Shown here: positions 26,422 through 37,541 of the stretch, piece after piece
Numbering within the stretch: the first letter of the stretch is position 1
How the letters are laid out: the number at the start of each line of letters is the position of its first letter
Assembly: GCA_965112155.1 (NCBI GenBank)
Contig: OZ218103.1
Length of the DNA stretch: 64,000 bases
Reading direction: 5' to 3' (one strand)
Source: Podarcis liolepis
Taxonomy: Eukaryota
Position numbers and translations under genes: made by a program
The notes under the pieces: generated by a model
Database searches by the model: none
Seen by the model: the letters and a program-made list of their open reading frames with translations, nothing else
Told to the model about the DNA's origin: nothing

Positions 26422-26659
26422 TGCTAAATAAATAGTATTCTAAGTGCTAAAACCAGATGGCACTGCAACTGCCATGGTATCTATCCATCTGTGTGGCATT
26501 CATTTATATAATTTTCCAACTGTAGTCTGAAATGATAACAGTCCTGGAAGATTATCACTTGGGGAGCCTCTCACGATCATTGAACAACACGTTACTAGAT
26601 CCTGGTGACTGTTTAGCTAGAGATCATGGAGCTGATCTACCAATACTTGTTTTGCAAGA

Positions 26660-26839
26660 TAAAAAAAAATTCCTTCCAGTAGCACCTTAAAGACCAACTA
26701 AGTTAGTTCTTGGTATGAGCTTTCATGTGCATGCACACGAAAGCTCATACCAAGAACTAACTTAGTTGGTCTTTAAGATGCTACTGGAAGGAATTTTTTT
26801 ATTTTGACTATGGCAGACCAACACAGCTACCTATCTGTA
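26660..26839 (+). mobile_element. Penelope-like inverted-repeat insertion collapsed to a spacerless palindrome
   Basis: ~70-bp arms (26660-26801) centred on TGTGCATGCACA; 3' tag GACTATGGCAGACCAACACAGCTACCTATCT; 15-bp TSD ACTTGTTTTGCAAGA at 26645-26659 and 26840-26854. Confidence 0.85.
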
Positions 26840-27479
26840 ACTTGTTTTGCAAGAGTTTGCATACATGTGGAATAGAAATGAAATATATGCTCATGAGTTT
26901 TTCCCTGACTAGGACAAAAAATGTGAGTTTGCCTTGAAGTAAACCTGGCCAGAGTCTAGGACTTTGCAATGTAATGTTAATAGTATGGGATATACAGGTG
27001 ATATCTCTCAATGAGAGGTACTTGTTAGAAGGTTCCTTCATGATACAGAGAAGGGAACAGAGGGCATGCCTTTTCTCTGTTTAACTAACAATGAAGTAAT
27101 CTAGATCTCTGTGCGAAAAAAGAAATTACCGTAACTGGTTTTGAGTCAGGATGTGAGACAGACTGGAGAGGCACACAGAGGGCTGAGCTGAGTTTTGGGG
27201 AGTCTGTAAGCCAGCCTCCCCATCCTATTGCCCTCCAGTTCTTTTAGATTACAACTCCCATCAGCTTCAGCCAGCATGAGTAGTAGTATTTCATTCCTAT
27301 CCCACCTTTCCCCCATAGAGCTAAAGGCTGAGTCTATGCTTCTTCCACCCCACCAGTTTTGTCTTCACCCCAAGAGTTAGGTTAGGCTGAGAGATAGTGA
27401 CTGATCAAGGCCATTTAAGTGAGATTTGTGGTTGAATGAGTATCTGAACCTGGGTATCTCTGCCCCTTGTTCTGCATTT

Positions 27480-28110
27480 TGTGGCAGACCCAAGCTGGTC
27501 AGTAAATCACACTGTTTGAAGCTGGAGTTAAGTCTTTATTTGTGAAGCATGGGCTTCATAGGCTTGGAGAGTGTCAGGCCTAAGGAGAACATCAGTTCAT
27601 GCCCTGTAGGTCCTACTCCATGTGATCAGTTGCCGAGACTAAAATTGCCTTATCCCCTCTGCCAGCCATCTAAGTCTCCTCTTTTCCAGGGTTTATTGCA
27701 AGCAATCAGAGACTGTGCCTGCATACAGCCTGCCTTTGCTCCTCCCATTTCATATCTCTCCTGATTCTGGGAGTCAGGGGGGAAAGGGAGCTTCTTGTAG
27801 CAGGAAGAGGAGACACCCATCACTCTTCACAGCCTGACACATCTCTGCCTCTTGACCTCCCTTATCCCACTCACCTGCTTCAGCTTCAGCCTCTGATTCT
27901 TGGCTTCTCTCTGCCACAGACTCTCTCAACTCCCTGAGCCCTGTTACCCCTTCAGCTTCCAACACCTCCTCTTCCCAGTCTTCTCCCTCTTCTCCCTGTG
28001 ACCACTCATCTTTGTTCACCCACTAATCTCCAGGCTCTGAGCTTTTTTCCCTTGGGTGTTCCCCAGCTGGTTCCTTACAACATTCCTCTGTGGCCAACCG
28101 GTCCATGACA
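27480..28110 (-). mobile_element. Solo LTR-like element inserted into the head of a Squam3-like SINE (SINE body ~27290-27479)
   Basis: TG...CA termini (TGTGGCAGAC / GTCCATGACA), 4-bp TSD ATTT, AATAAA on the minus strand at ~27535; SINE head-like sequence resumes after 28114 (TAACCCCACCA). Confidence 0.65.
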
Positions 28111-28842
28111 ATTTTAACCCCACCATAGGGGAGGGATAAGGATAAGGGGATATCTATAGTGATGTCCTTCTAGCTTTGATTCTCAACTATGCCCAGGCTA
28201 AATGAGATCCTTGAGCTGAGAAATTAATAATATAACTATAATCGCTATTAATCAACATTTTGGCAGAGGTGCATATGTAATAATTAGCATGATATTCTTC
28301 CCAAAGATCATCATTTGAGAGTGGTTGTTTAAACATTAACAGCAGGATTGTCTTCCCAGGCAGAGATGAAAGGAAGGGAAGAGATTGGGTTGCTGGTTAT
28401 TTGTGTGGTGTTATAAAATTATTTAGCTGTAGTGCTGACCCAACCCAGAACTAATTTGCTTATTGAGAATGCCTGAGCAGAAAGGGATACAGCAGCTACT
28501 GACACAGTACCAAAAGGAAAGAAGTCGGGAAAGTGCTATTCATTGCCTCAATTCAAATTAATCCAATCTAATTTTACCTCCTCGCTGATTGTGTTATTTC
28601 ACACAGCAGAAGCCAAGATTAAATCTGAATTGCATGAGGGCACGGACCCTTCACCCTTCAGCAAGAACTTGATCTCCCTTATGCTCAAAAGTGAAGCTTT
28701 GCTGTGCTTAAAAAAAACAGATTGAAAGAAAATGGGTAGAAACAGTAGTCAGATGAAGGCTTGTTTAGGAATACCTCCCACTGAATTACTGCAATCATAT
28801 ACACACTTGTGTGGATATGTATGTATGTATGTAGTTATTTTC

Positions 28843-29066
28843 TTTTATTGCATGTATATGCCACCTTGTTCTTCAAGGATCTCAAGGTGGTGTACATGGT
28901 TCCCCCCTTCATTTAATCCCCACAACAACCCTGTGAGGTAGATTAGGCTGAGAGAGAGTGACTGGCCCAAGATCACTAAGTGGGCTCCATGCCCGAGTGA
29001 GAATTTGAACCCTGGCCTCCCAGCTCCTAGTCCAAAACTCATAACCACTACACCACACTGCCTCTC
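28843..29066 (-). mobile_element. Older Squam3-like tRNA SINE
   Basis: Minus strand GAGAGGCAGTGTGGTGTAGTGGTTATGAG...GGGTTCAAATTCTC...CTACCTCACAGGGTTGTTGTG. Confidence 0.85.
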
Positions 29067-29362
29067 TTTATACCTTAATGTCTATATGTCTTATACCTGA
29101 TCCAGAACTACTGGGTTATTGAATAAACACACTAGGATCAGGGTGCACAATTCCCAAGCCTTTCAAGTGGATAAAGGTTTGATGCAGAAGTGTCTTGATG
29201 CTGTCAGACATTTAAGAGGCAGATGTCATTCACAACTAGGGCTGTCTGCTGGTCATAAAAAGGAAAGAAAATTGTCCTGGCCTGCTGCTGTCCCTTTAAC
29301 AGGTGATCTCATATACAGCACCACAGGAGGTGACCTGCATTATCACCTGGTAAATCGCTGCA

Positions 29363-29725
29363 TGGTGCTGGAGGAGACTCTTGAGAGTCCCATGGACTGC
29401 AAGAAGATCAAACTGATCCATTCTGAAGGAAATCAGCCCTGAGTGCTCACTGGAGGGACAGATCGTGAAGCTGAGGCTCCAATACTTTGGCCACCTCATG
29501 AGAAGAGAAGACTCCCTGGAAAAGATCCTGATGTTGGGAAAGATGGAGGGCACAAGGAGAAGGGGACGACAGAGGATGAGATGGTTGGATGGTGTTCTTG
29601 AAGCTACCAGCATGAGTTTGATCAAACTGCGGGAGGCAGTGGAGGACAGAAGTGCCTGGCGTGCTCTGGTCCATGGGGTCACGAAGAGTCGGACACGACT
29701 AAACGACTAAACAACAACAACAACA
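29363..29725 (+). mobile_element. BovB (RTE-clade LINE), 5'-truncated 3' fragment
   Basis: Translates WCWRRLLRVPWTARRSN*SILKEISPECSLEGQIVKLRLQYFGHLMRREDSLEKILMLGKMEGTRRRGRQRMRWLDG...VHGVTKSRTRLND*; (CAA)n tail; 11-bp TSD AAATCGCTGCA at 29352-29362 and 29726-29736. Confidence 0.95.
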
Positions 29726-30181
29726 AAATCGCTGCAAAGCTAACTTCTCTGGGAGGGGACAGCTCCTTTGAGCTGTTTCAAAACTTGTCAGTTGAAATCA
29801 CCCATCTCTGTTGATGTAATAAGAGTATGCCAGAGTCTTTGTAACTCTGACCTTTCCTACACAGGCGGCAGCAGAGATTGTGTTTATGTAAAGAAAGAAA
29901 TTTCAACTTGCTTTTTAGTTTGGTTATGTAGTGTTTGGTTTTCAACTTTGTATATTTTATAAACACTTTAACAAAAATTATATTATTGTAAGATGACATT
30001 GGGTTGTTTTGAAAAAGATGACGGGGTTTTGTTTTGTTTTTACAACAGTAATCGGAAATAACCAGGAAGGATCCTAGAACAGATAATTAAATGGTTGGTG
30101 TTTGAGCACTTAGAAAGCACTTACTAAGACCCAACATGGGTTTCTCATGCCACACAGAACTCATTTCTTGTCTTTCTTTCT

Positions 30182-30247
30182 TTTGATAGTATTAGAAGCT
30201 TGGTGGATCAGGGGAATGCTGTGGATGTAGTGCATCTCAGTTTCAGC
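30182..30247 (+). mobile_element. CR1 LINE reverse-transcriptase fragment
   Basis: Translates FDSIRSLVDQGNAVDVVHLSFS, like the CR1 RT segment LVDxGxAVDVVYLDFSKAF. Confidence 0.65.
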
Positions 30248-31153
30248 CACACTGCAACATTTGGAGAAGTGCAAATTTAGAAGGACAGCTGTGTTGCAGT
30301 TTGTATCCTGCTACCAATAGTGTGAATTAAGTAGCTAAATTGCATAAGGACTTCTAAACCACATAAGGACTTTTTGCTATATCTGAAATCTGGATATGGA
30401 TTTAAGGATTAATATAAGCAACTCCATTTTCTGTACCCTTCAGGTCTCCTGTTCTGTAGGGTGAATCTTGTGATGAGAAATATATCTTTCCTCCTTGAAG
30501 CAAGACAAGCTAATACATATATATCTATATATCTATATATAGATATCTGAAGCTGCGGGGAGCTTCTCAATCTCATTTTCCAAGGAAGCTGTCTTGCGGC
30601 CTAGCAACAAACAAACACCAACTCAACGGCCTGAAGAAGCCTGCTGCTTTAATTATGGCTGGCCATCTGTGTCAAAAATTGAAATACAGACCTTTTAAAT
30701 CTCTTTTTACCTTTAGGCCTTTGCAATATATGGATGGAGTCTCTCTGAGACAGGTTTTCAGGAAGGAGCAGGTGCCTCCAAAGAAATTCTGATCTCATGG
30801 ACTTATGCCACACATAAATAAAAAAGCACACACCCACACACCCAATGCAATAAAAATGAAATGAACAAACTCCACATGTGCAGCTGAGATATCCACAGGT
30901 TAGTATGTGCAGAACTTGGGAATGTATGGGATGACCTGTAACTTTGTAAAACCAGGGCCTAGATCTTGAAAATCTGGGTGGTGATTTGCTCATGGAACTA
31001 GGGTTTCCCATCTCAACCTCCCCACTGCAAATACTAACATGTTGCTCTCCAAACAGTTGGGAGATTCTTGGGTATGGTAAGGGATCTTGTACATGTGTGT
31101 ATGAGAAGTACTGCCGCTACAGAAGAGAGTTGGCAAAAATCATGAGTAACAAG

Positions 31154-31333
31154 GGGAAAGGACATAGCTTAGTGGTAGAGGACATGCTTTGCATCTAAAA
31201 GGTTTCAGATTCAACCCCCTGCTTCTCTACATAGACCATCCCCAGGAGAGAAATCCCGAAATCCTGGATATTTGCTGCCAATCTGTGTTTACAATCCTAG
31301 GCTAGATAGAATTGTCTATTGACCTCAAGCAGG
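31154..31333 (+). mobile_element. tRNA-derived SINE (same family as 4111-4278)
   Basis: GGACATAGCTTAGTGGTAGAGGACATGCTTTGCAT...GATTCAACCCC...TGCTGCCAATCTGTG; followed by an L2-like 3' tail (~31360-31585). Confidence 0.75.
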
Positions 31334-32899
31334 TGTCTTCACTGTAATCTGTTTGGCCCCTGCTAAAAACATTTTTGTTTAGGCAAGCCTATCCAGATGT
31401 GTAGAATGTTGACATGTGTTTTAATCTGGTTTTTAATTTATCATGGATTTAAATTATTTCTGATTGCTTTAAAATTTAGTTGTTGTAAACTATTTTTACT
31501 GATTATTTTCTTTTGTTTGGGTTTCGGTATACCACTTTGAAATTTTATTACAATAAAGTGGTATGTAAATTACATAAGCAAGTAAACATGTGTGGGGCTA
31601 GGCTATCAGTGATACTTTTTTATGAACCTGGCAGAGGTCCTATACATCAGTCAACCATTAGGGACTAAGCTGGAATGATTTCTGCTCCTTTAAGTGTTTA
31701 CAAGAATAGCAAACCAAGCCTTCTGTAATGCTGTATCCACATTATATTACTCAGCCAGTAAATAACCCTGACCTTACTTTTATTTTTTATTTTTCTGGCA
31801 GCTTAGAAAATATTTCAGTTCGAGTGCCGATTTAAAGATCTCTGGAAGCTGCCTTAGTAAAACCTGACAGGCACACTGCATTGTGACACATTTTGCGGTG
31901 GATATATTATGAAAAAAAGAGATATAATCCATTGGCTCAGACATTTAAATCTCTGCACTCCAAGATCTGGTCTATTATAAGTCCATATGCTTATCAAAAT
32001 TGTTTTCAGTCATACTGGGTTAGGGATAAAGTACATTTTCGGGGGGGGGGTGTTAATTTAAAAATATAGGTATCTATGTGACGGTACTCCCATTGTATTG
32101 AACCTTAAAGGGTCTTGTCAAATTAAGAACCGGGTTCTTATTTAAGGTGCAAAATTCTCCATGGTCAGCATGCACAGATAAGTCTGGCATTCCCTGTATC
32201 TGTGGTTACCACACACAAATACTTGTCCGAAGTGTTGATTTCGAAGTGTCCTGTCTGGACAGACCAGGTTTGACAGCCAGAGTTTAAGCACTTCTGTTTG
32301 GGAAATTGTATGAGCCTATCTTAGTGGATGGGAAACTCTGTACTTGTCTGTCATAAGCTGCCTGCTCTCCCGTTTTCACTTACACTTGTTTTTCGGAGCT
32401 TTCCTCAGCTATCATATAAATGGGGAAAATATTCAGCTCTCGCAGCAAGAGTTGTTATTTTATTAAGGCACTTGACAAACCAAATGTGCAGAATTTGTGT
32501 GGTGCCATTAATATCTACTCTCCTAGAAGTATCAAAATATTGTGGGCTGACATTGCCTCTGTTGCCTTGTACTTACTTGACTATGCATTAAATTAAGTCA
32601 ACCATTAAATGATCACAGAGAATGAGAGTGCTTTTTTTCCAAATCTGTGTGTGCAGAATGCTCTGCCTATAATGTGAAACGCTCATGGTAAAGAGCATCC
32701 GTCCCTAGTATCCCCACGGAAAATGATCTGTGTGCTTTCATAGGAAACAGGCATAGATAATTCACTGTCTCCTTCAGAAAAGCAATTCCACACAACCTCC
32801 AGGCAAGTAACTTGCTTCTAAGTGATCGATGCACAAGTAGTATGTGTAAATAGAAAGTAGAGCACCCTGTAACTTGTTTTCCTGGAACATACATAAAGG

Positions 32900-33252
32900 C
32901 AGTGGTTGGAGGAACCTTCTCCATCACCCGGGGTGGGATGCCAAGGGGCACGGCAAACGACCCAGGGATGCATGCTCGACGTCCGTACGGACTGTGCACG
33001 TGTGATGACTGTATGATCTGCACATGCGCAGCAGCCCGTATGGACTGTGCATGCGCAGCAGCCCATACGGCTGACACACGAGTGGCCGCCCATACAGATG
33101 CCATGCGGAAGTGGCGCAAGCGGTGCCCACACTGACTGTGTGTGCACCCTCCGCTGTTCTACAGCTGGGGGGAGGCAGCAGGCCATTTTGTCACCCTCCC
33201 GGGCAGTGCCCAGGGCAGACCACCCCCTCGCCCCCCACTTTGTACACCCCTG
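32900..33252. mobile_element. GC/CpG-rich non-autonomous hAT-like DNA transposon
   Basis: CAGTGG...CCCCTG termini; 8-bp flanks CATAAAGG/CATACAAG (6/8 match); internal tandem repeat CATGCGCAGCAGCCC x2. Confidence 0.6.
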
Positions 33253-33606
33253 CATACAAGATGTTGTGCGGGACCTGACTAAGTTTTCGGGTGGTGCTCG
33301 GAAACCACAAATGAAATGCCCCAAAGGATAAAATATTGGATGTTCAGAGGAGCTGGCAGGAACAGGCCTTTCTTATTCCTCAACGGATCCTTGGTGGCAT
33401 GGTGGAGGAGAGATAAGTATCATAGCTCAAAAATGTTATGAATGTTTAGGTTGGGCTCACACATATGTATAGGTTTACTACTTGGGACTTATTTTCACAT
33501 TTTGATGACTCACAGTAGATTGATCAGAGAAAAAGAATAGTAGGGGTGCTACGTGCAACACCTTGCTTACCCTCTGAGAATGCTATGCAAAGCCTGCAAT
33601 GAGCAA

Positions 33607-33650
33607 AGATCTAAAACTGACAATTGTCAGATCTAAAACTGACAATTGTC
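33607..33650. repeat. 22-bp perfect tandem duplication
   Basis: AGATCTAAAACTGACAATTGTC x2. Confidence 0.95.
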
Positions 33651-34221
33651 ACCCACCCACCCACCCCAAAGGCTTTGCAAGGATGGTGAAATTGACATGT
33701 CCTCCTCTATTTCACCTCTACTATGAAAGGCTTCACTCTGACTGCAGCGGTAAATGGAAAACCTTTATCCCAGTCTATTCAGCCTTTCTCATAATGCCCA
33801 AAATCTTGTTTACATTTCTGAAATGGGGGTGGGAAATTGACCTCATCTTTGCAGGCTGGGGGGGGGGTCATTGCACTGTAGATATGAAATTAACAAGATG
33901 TTGATTTTACCACTCCAGTGAAATGGTTTGGTACTGGTTGCAGAGCGCTTTTGTTGAAAAGTTTAAATTCCTTTGCAAAGACCTGGTGAGATTTGCTACA
34001 AAGTGCCCATGAGCCTGCAAAAGTCTTTAACTGCAACAGGAATGTGGCCTTGACAATAGTAGAAGGCACTGCTACTATCCTGCTCTCAAAGTCACAACTG
34101 AACATTACTAAAGTTAACAGTCTCAAGGAACATTGGGATAACTGACAGAGTAAAGATTTACAGGAAAAGGGGATGAAACCAAATGTCCAGCCCAAAAGAG
34201 AAACAGAGAATTGAAGATGTA

Positions 34222-34454
34222 AAGTGGTACCTCGGGTTAAGTACTTAATTTGTTCCGGAGGTCCGCTCTTAACCTGAAAACTGTTCTTAACAGTTTAGCT
34301 AATGGGGCCTCCTGCTGCCGCTGCGCCGCTGGAGCACGATTTCTGTTCTCATCCTGAAGCAAAGTTCTTAACCTGAGGCACTATTTCTGGGTTAGCGGAG
34401 TCTGTAACCTGAAGCATATGTAACCTGAAGTGTATGTAACCCAAGGTACCACTG
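34222..34454. mobile_element. Tc1/mariner (Tigger/pogo-like) MITE
   Basis: TIRs AAGTGGTACCTCGGGTTA / TAACCCAAGGTACCACTG with TA on both sides; subterminal TAACCTGAAG repeats. Confidence 0.88.
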
Positions 34455-35622
34455 TATAGATGTACAAAACAAAACATCTCAGAAGGCCCAGTGTGGGATG
34501 TGTGCATGGGGTTTGCTAGCAATGATGCAGGTAAAAGTATACTGTCTCTTCGACTTGATAATTTGGCATTCTGTGCTGTGATGGGGCACAGATCTCATAT
34601 TTTAAAAACTCAACCAGTTCAGTCCCTGACATGTCCAGTTCACGTAGGGCTGAGAATGTATCCTGTCTTAAACCCTGATGAGCCTGTGTTAGTCAATGCT
34701 AAGTTGGTTGAACCAGTGATCTCACTTTGTATATGGCAGCTTGCTGTGTTTGGTTTTAGCAAGCAAAATAATTCTCAAAAAAAAAATAAAAAAAATATCA
34801 TAAGACATTTTGAACATATTGTTGCTCCCACATTCCTTTGTAGTGGGAAGCATAGAGACCTTTCCGACACTGCTTTGCTTTCTTTGGAGGCTGTGCTGGA
34901 GCCTTAAATGGCATCTGTGCAAGAATCTGCTCACAAATTTCCAAACGATGGAGGGGGAGTGGACATCAGGACAGCCAGTTCCCTTCCTACAACACAATCA
35001 GTACAACTCACACAGAACCTCACACTGTTTCTCTTTCTGCAGTCTCTTTACCCTTTGCCTGTTAAACATGTCTTCTTATTTTATTTTTAGAAATATAGAC
35101 ACATACACCATTTCATTTTTCTATCAAGGAAGTAGGCCCACCACCAAAGTTTGCAACTCCCAAGCTTATTCTGAGAATCATGGTGATATATAAGGTGAAT
35201 TACCGGATTTTTTGCTCTCTAAGACTCACTTTTTCCCTCTTAAAAAGTAAGGGGAAATGTGTGTGCGTCTTATGGAGCGAATGCAGGCTGCACAGCTATC
35301 CCAGAAGCCAGAACAGCAAGTGGGATTGCTGCTTTCAGTGCGCAGCGATCCCTCTTGCTGTTCTGTCTTCTGAGATTCAGAATTTTTTTTTCTTGTTTTC
35401 CTCCTCCAAAAACTAGGTGCCTCTTGTGGTCTGGTGTGTCCTATAGAGTGAAAAATACGGTATATAAGCTATGAATTCTTCTTTGGCTTGGCTATCAATC
35501 TGAGCCAAGGAATAGATCATCTCACCCATCCCCAGAGACTCCAAATCCCTTGCTTACCTTGCTCTTTGTCTTGCTCTGACAACAGTGAGACACCCAATGC
35601 CATCTGTAGTTTTCAACAGTTG

Positions 35623-36030
35623 AGAATAATAAAATCATAAGATTATAGAGCTGGAAGGTAACCCAAGGGTCATCTACTCCAACTCTCTGCAATGCATGAA
35701 TATCAAATAGATCATACAGATGGTCATTAAAACTTTGCTTAAAAATCTCGTAAGGAAGGAGACTCCACCACCACATGTGAGAGTCTGTTCCACTGTCAAA
35801 CAGCTCTTACAACAACAGGCCCCAGACAGAACCCTGCAGCACCCCACTTGTCCCTTCCACACGCCCTGCCTCCCGGATCACAAGGAACTGTTAGTGAGCA
35901 CTTTTGGGTTTTGGTCAGTCAACCAGCTACAAATCTACATAATAGTTACCTCATCCGGTCCACATTTTATCAGCTTCTCTGCAAGAGCATCATGTGGGAC
36001 TTTGTCAAAAGCCTTACTGGTCAAGATACA
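35623..36030 (-). mobile_element. CR1 LINE remnant (3' tail plus internally deleted RT pieces)
   Basis: Reversed (ATTCTATG)-type tail and AAGGGTCATCTACTCCAAC; minus strand near 35990-36030 gives YLD..SKAFDKVPHD. Confidence 0.8.
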
Positions 36031-36421
36031 CTTGATATTTGTTTAAAGATCATTCCATGTATATTTAAGATTCTGCATTTGTGGAGACAGCAGTGTAAGA
36101 TTTATCCCACTATCAGTTGTTCTGATGTTTTTGTAAGATGATAAGATGCAGATACCTAGGATAGTTTCTTGCTGGCATTGAGTTGCTTAGAATGAGCCCA
36201 TTAAAGTCAATATGGCTTAGGTTAACCATGACTAACCAGTCCCATTTCCCCCCACTTTGTTCACTCTAAGCATGAGTAGGTCTGGATTCAATCCTGAGTT
36301 CTGAGGTGAAATCAGAGGTGGAGGGTGAGGTTGTGAGGAAATGAATTCTAGCTAGTCAACAGCCATAGATTTATAACTAGAAAGGTGGATTAATACAACA
36401 AACAAGTACATTATTTTCTGT

Positions 36422-36639
36422 CAAAATAAAAAAATTCCTTCCAGTAGCACCTTAAAGACCAACTAAGTTAGTTCTTGGTATGAGCTTTCGTGTGCATGCA
36501 CACTTCAGATATCTGGTATCTGAAGAAGTGTGCATGCACACGAAAGCTCATACCAAGAACTAACTTAGTTGGTCTTTAAGGTGCTACTGGAAGGAATTTT
36601 TTTATTTTGACTATGGCAGACCAACACGGCTACCTATCT
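36422..36639 (+). mobile_element. Penelope-like inverted-repeat insertion carrying a hammerhead ribozyme
   Basis: Near-perfect ~90-bp arms spanning 36420-36611; 3' tag GACTATGGCAGACCAACACGGCTACCTATCT; 12-bp TSD ATTATTTTCTGT at 36410-36421 and 36640-36651. Confidence 0.88.
36514..36555 (+). ncRNA. Minimal type I hammerhead ribozyme motif (Penelope-associated)
   Basis: UGGUAU-CUGAAGA-A-GUGUG(CAUG)CACAC-GAAA-GC-UC/AUACCA: 6-bp stem I, CUGANGA and GAAA cores, stem II, palindromic AGCU in place of stem III, predicted cleavage after C36549. Confidence 0.75.
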
Positions 36640-36752
36640 ATTATTTTCTGTAAATGTGTTGGGGTTGTTTTAAGGCTCAATGATCACATTGAGTTGACAT
36701 ACTGCTTAGCATACATCAAATTATGGCTTTTGTTATGACCTATGGCCTAAAC

Positions 36753-36888
36753 CAGGCATCGCCAAACTCGGCTCTCCAGATATTTTGGGACTACAACTCC
36801 CATCATCCCTAGCTAAGAGGATCAGTGATCAGGGATGATGGGAACTGTAGTCCCAAAACATCTGGAGGAGCAAGTTCGGGGATGCCTG
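36753..36888. mobile_element. hAT-type palindromic MITE (young)
   Basis: TIR CAGGCATC/GATGCCTG; perfect 8-bp TSD GCCTAAAC (36745-36752, 36889-36896); internal GGGACTACA/TGTAGTCCC. Confidence 0.92.
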
Positions 36889-37541
36889 GCCTAAACAAAT
36901 AAATTCTGTTCTCTCACAAAAGTTTTCACAGAGCTACTGAATCATTTTTTTCACAGCCAAGGGCTGATCACTCTCCTGAGCTTCCCTACAAATTGCCTAA
37001 TGTTATAAAGGAATGTACTAACAACCAATGCATCTGCACAGGTTGGATTGGAATGAAAGGAGCAGTGCTTGGTGAATTGAGCCCAATATTTCTAAATCTC
37101 TCGAAATACCTAAGGTTATCCCTGAGCACAATTTCAATTATAAGGATGTGGAGTCAGAGGAGGTGACTCCATAGGAAGAGGATGATTTAGCCTTCTTTCA
37201 AAATTAATTTACAATTCCCCCGTAAAATATTGTAAAATAAGGTACGTTCAATATCATTCTGCCAGGAAGACTGTATATCTCCAGGTCCCACCAAAATGTA
37301 TTATTGAATAGAAATTATGCTGTAACTGAAAGATCCCTGTAGAGTTTGATGAAGTTCTGCAGCTGGCATGCCTATTTCATATTTGCTCATAAATTAGAGT
37401 TCCTTTTATAAATAGTTTATAAAGAAGAAAAATGTGTGTGTGTGTAAAAATATTGATACTGTAGTAGAATTGCAAAACCATTGGTGAGAAAGTAATGTAT
37501 TGCTTAATGTTTACACTATCTTTCCACCAAGGGTGCAGTCC

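Noticed and set aside
31765-31870. Strong-looking acceptor (CTGAC branch, T tract, CAG ending 31801)
   Set aside because: No convincing donor at exon distance; such pseudo-acceptors are common in large introns.
32667-33331. Cluster of Cys/Ala-rich ORFs
   Set aside because: Explained by the GC-rich internal repeats of the DNA transposon at 32900-33252.
26660-36639. Two near-identical palindromes as CRISPR-like or miRNA loci
   Set aside because: Eukaryotic context, no repeat-spacer array, and each copy has its own TSD; retroelement insertion explains them.
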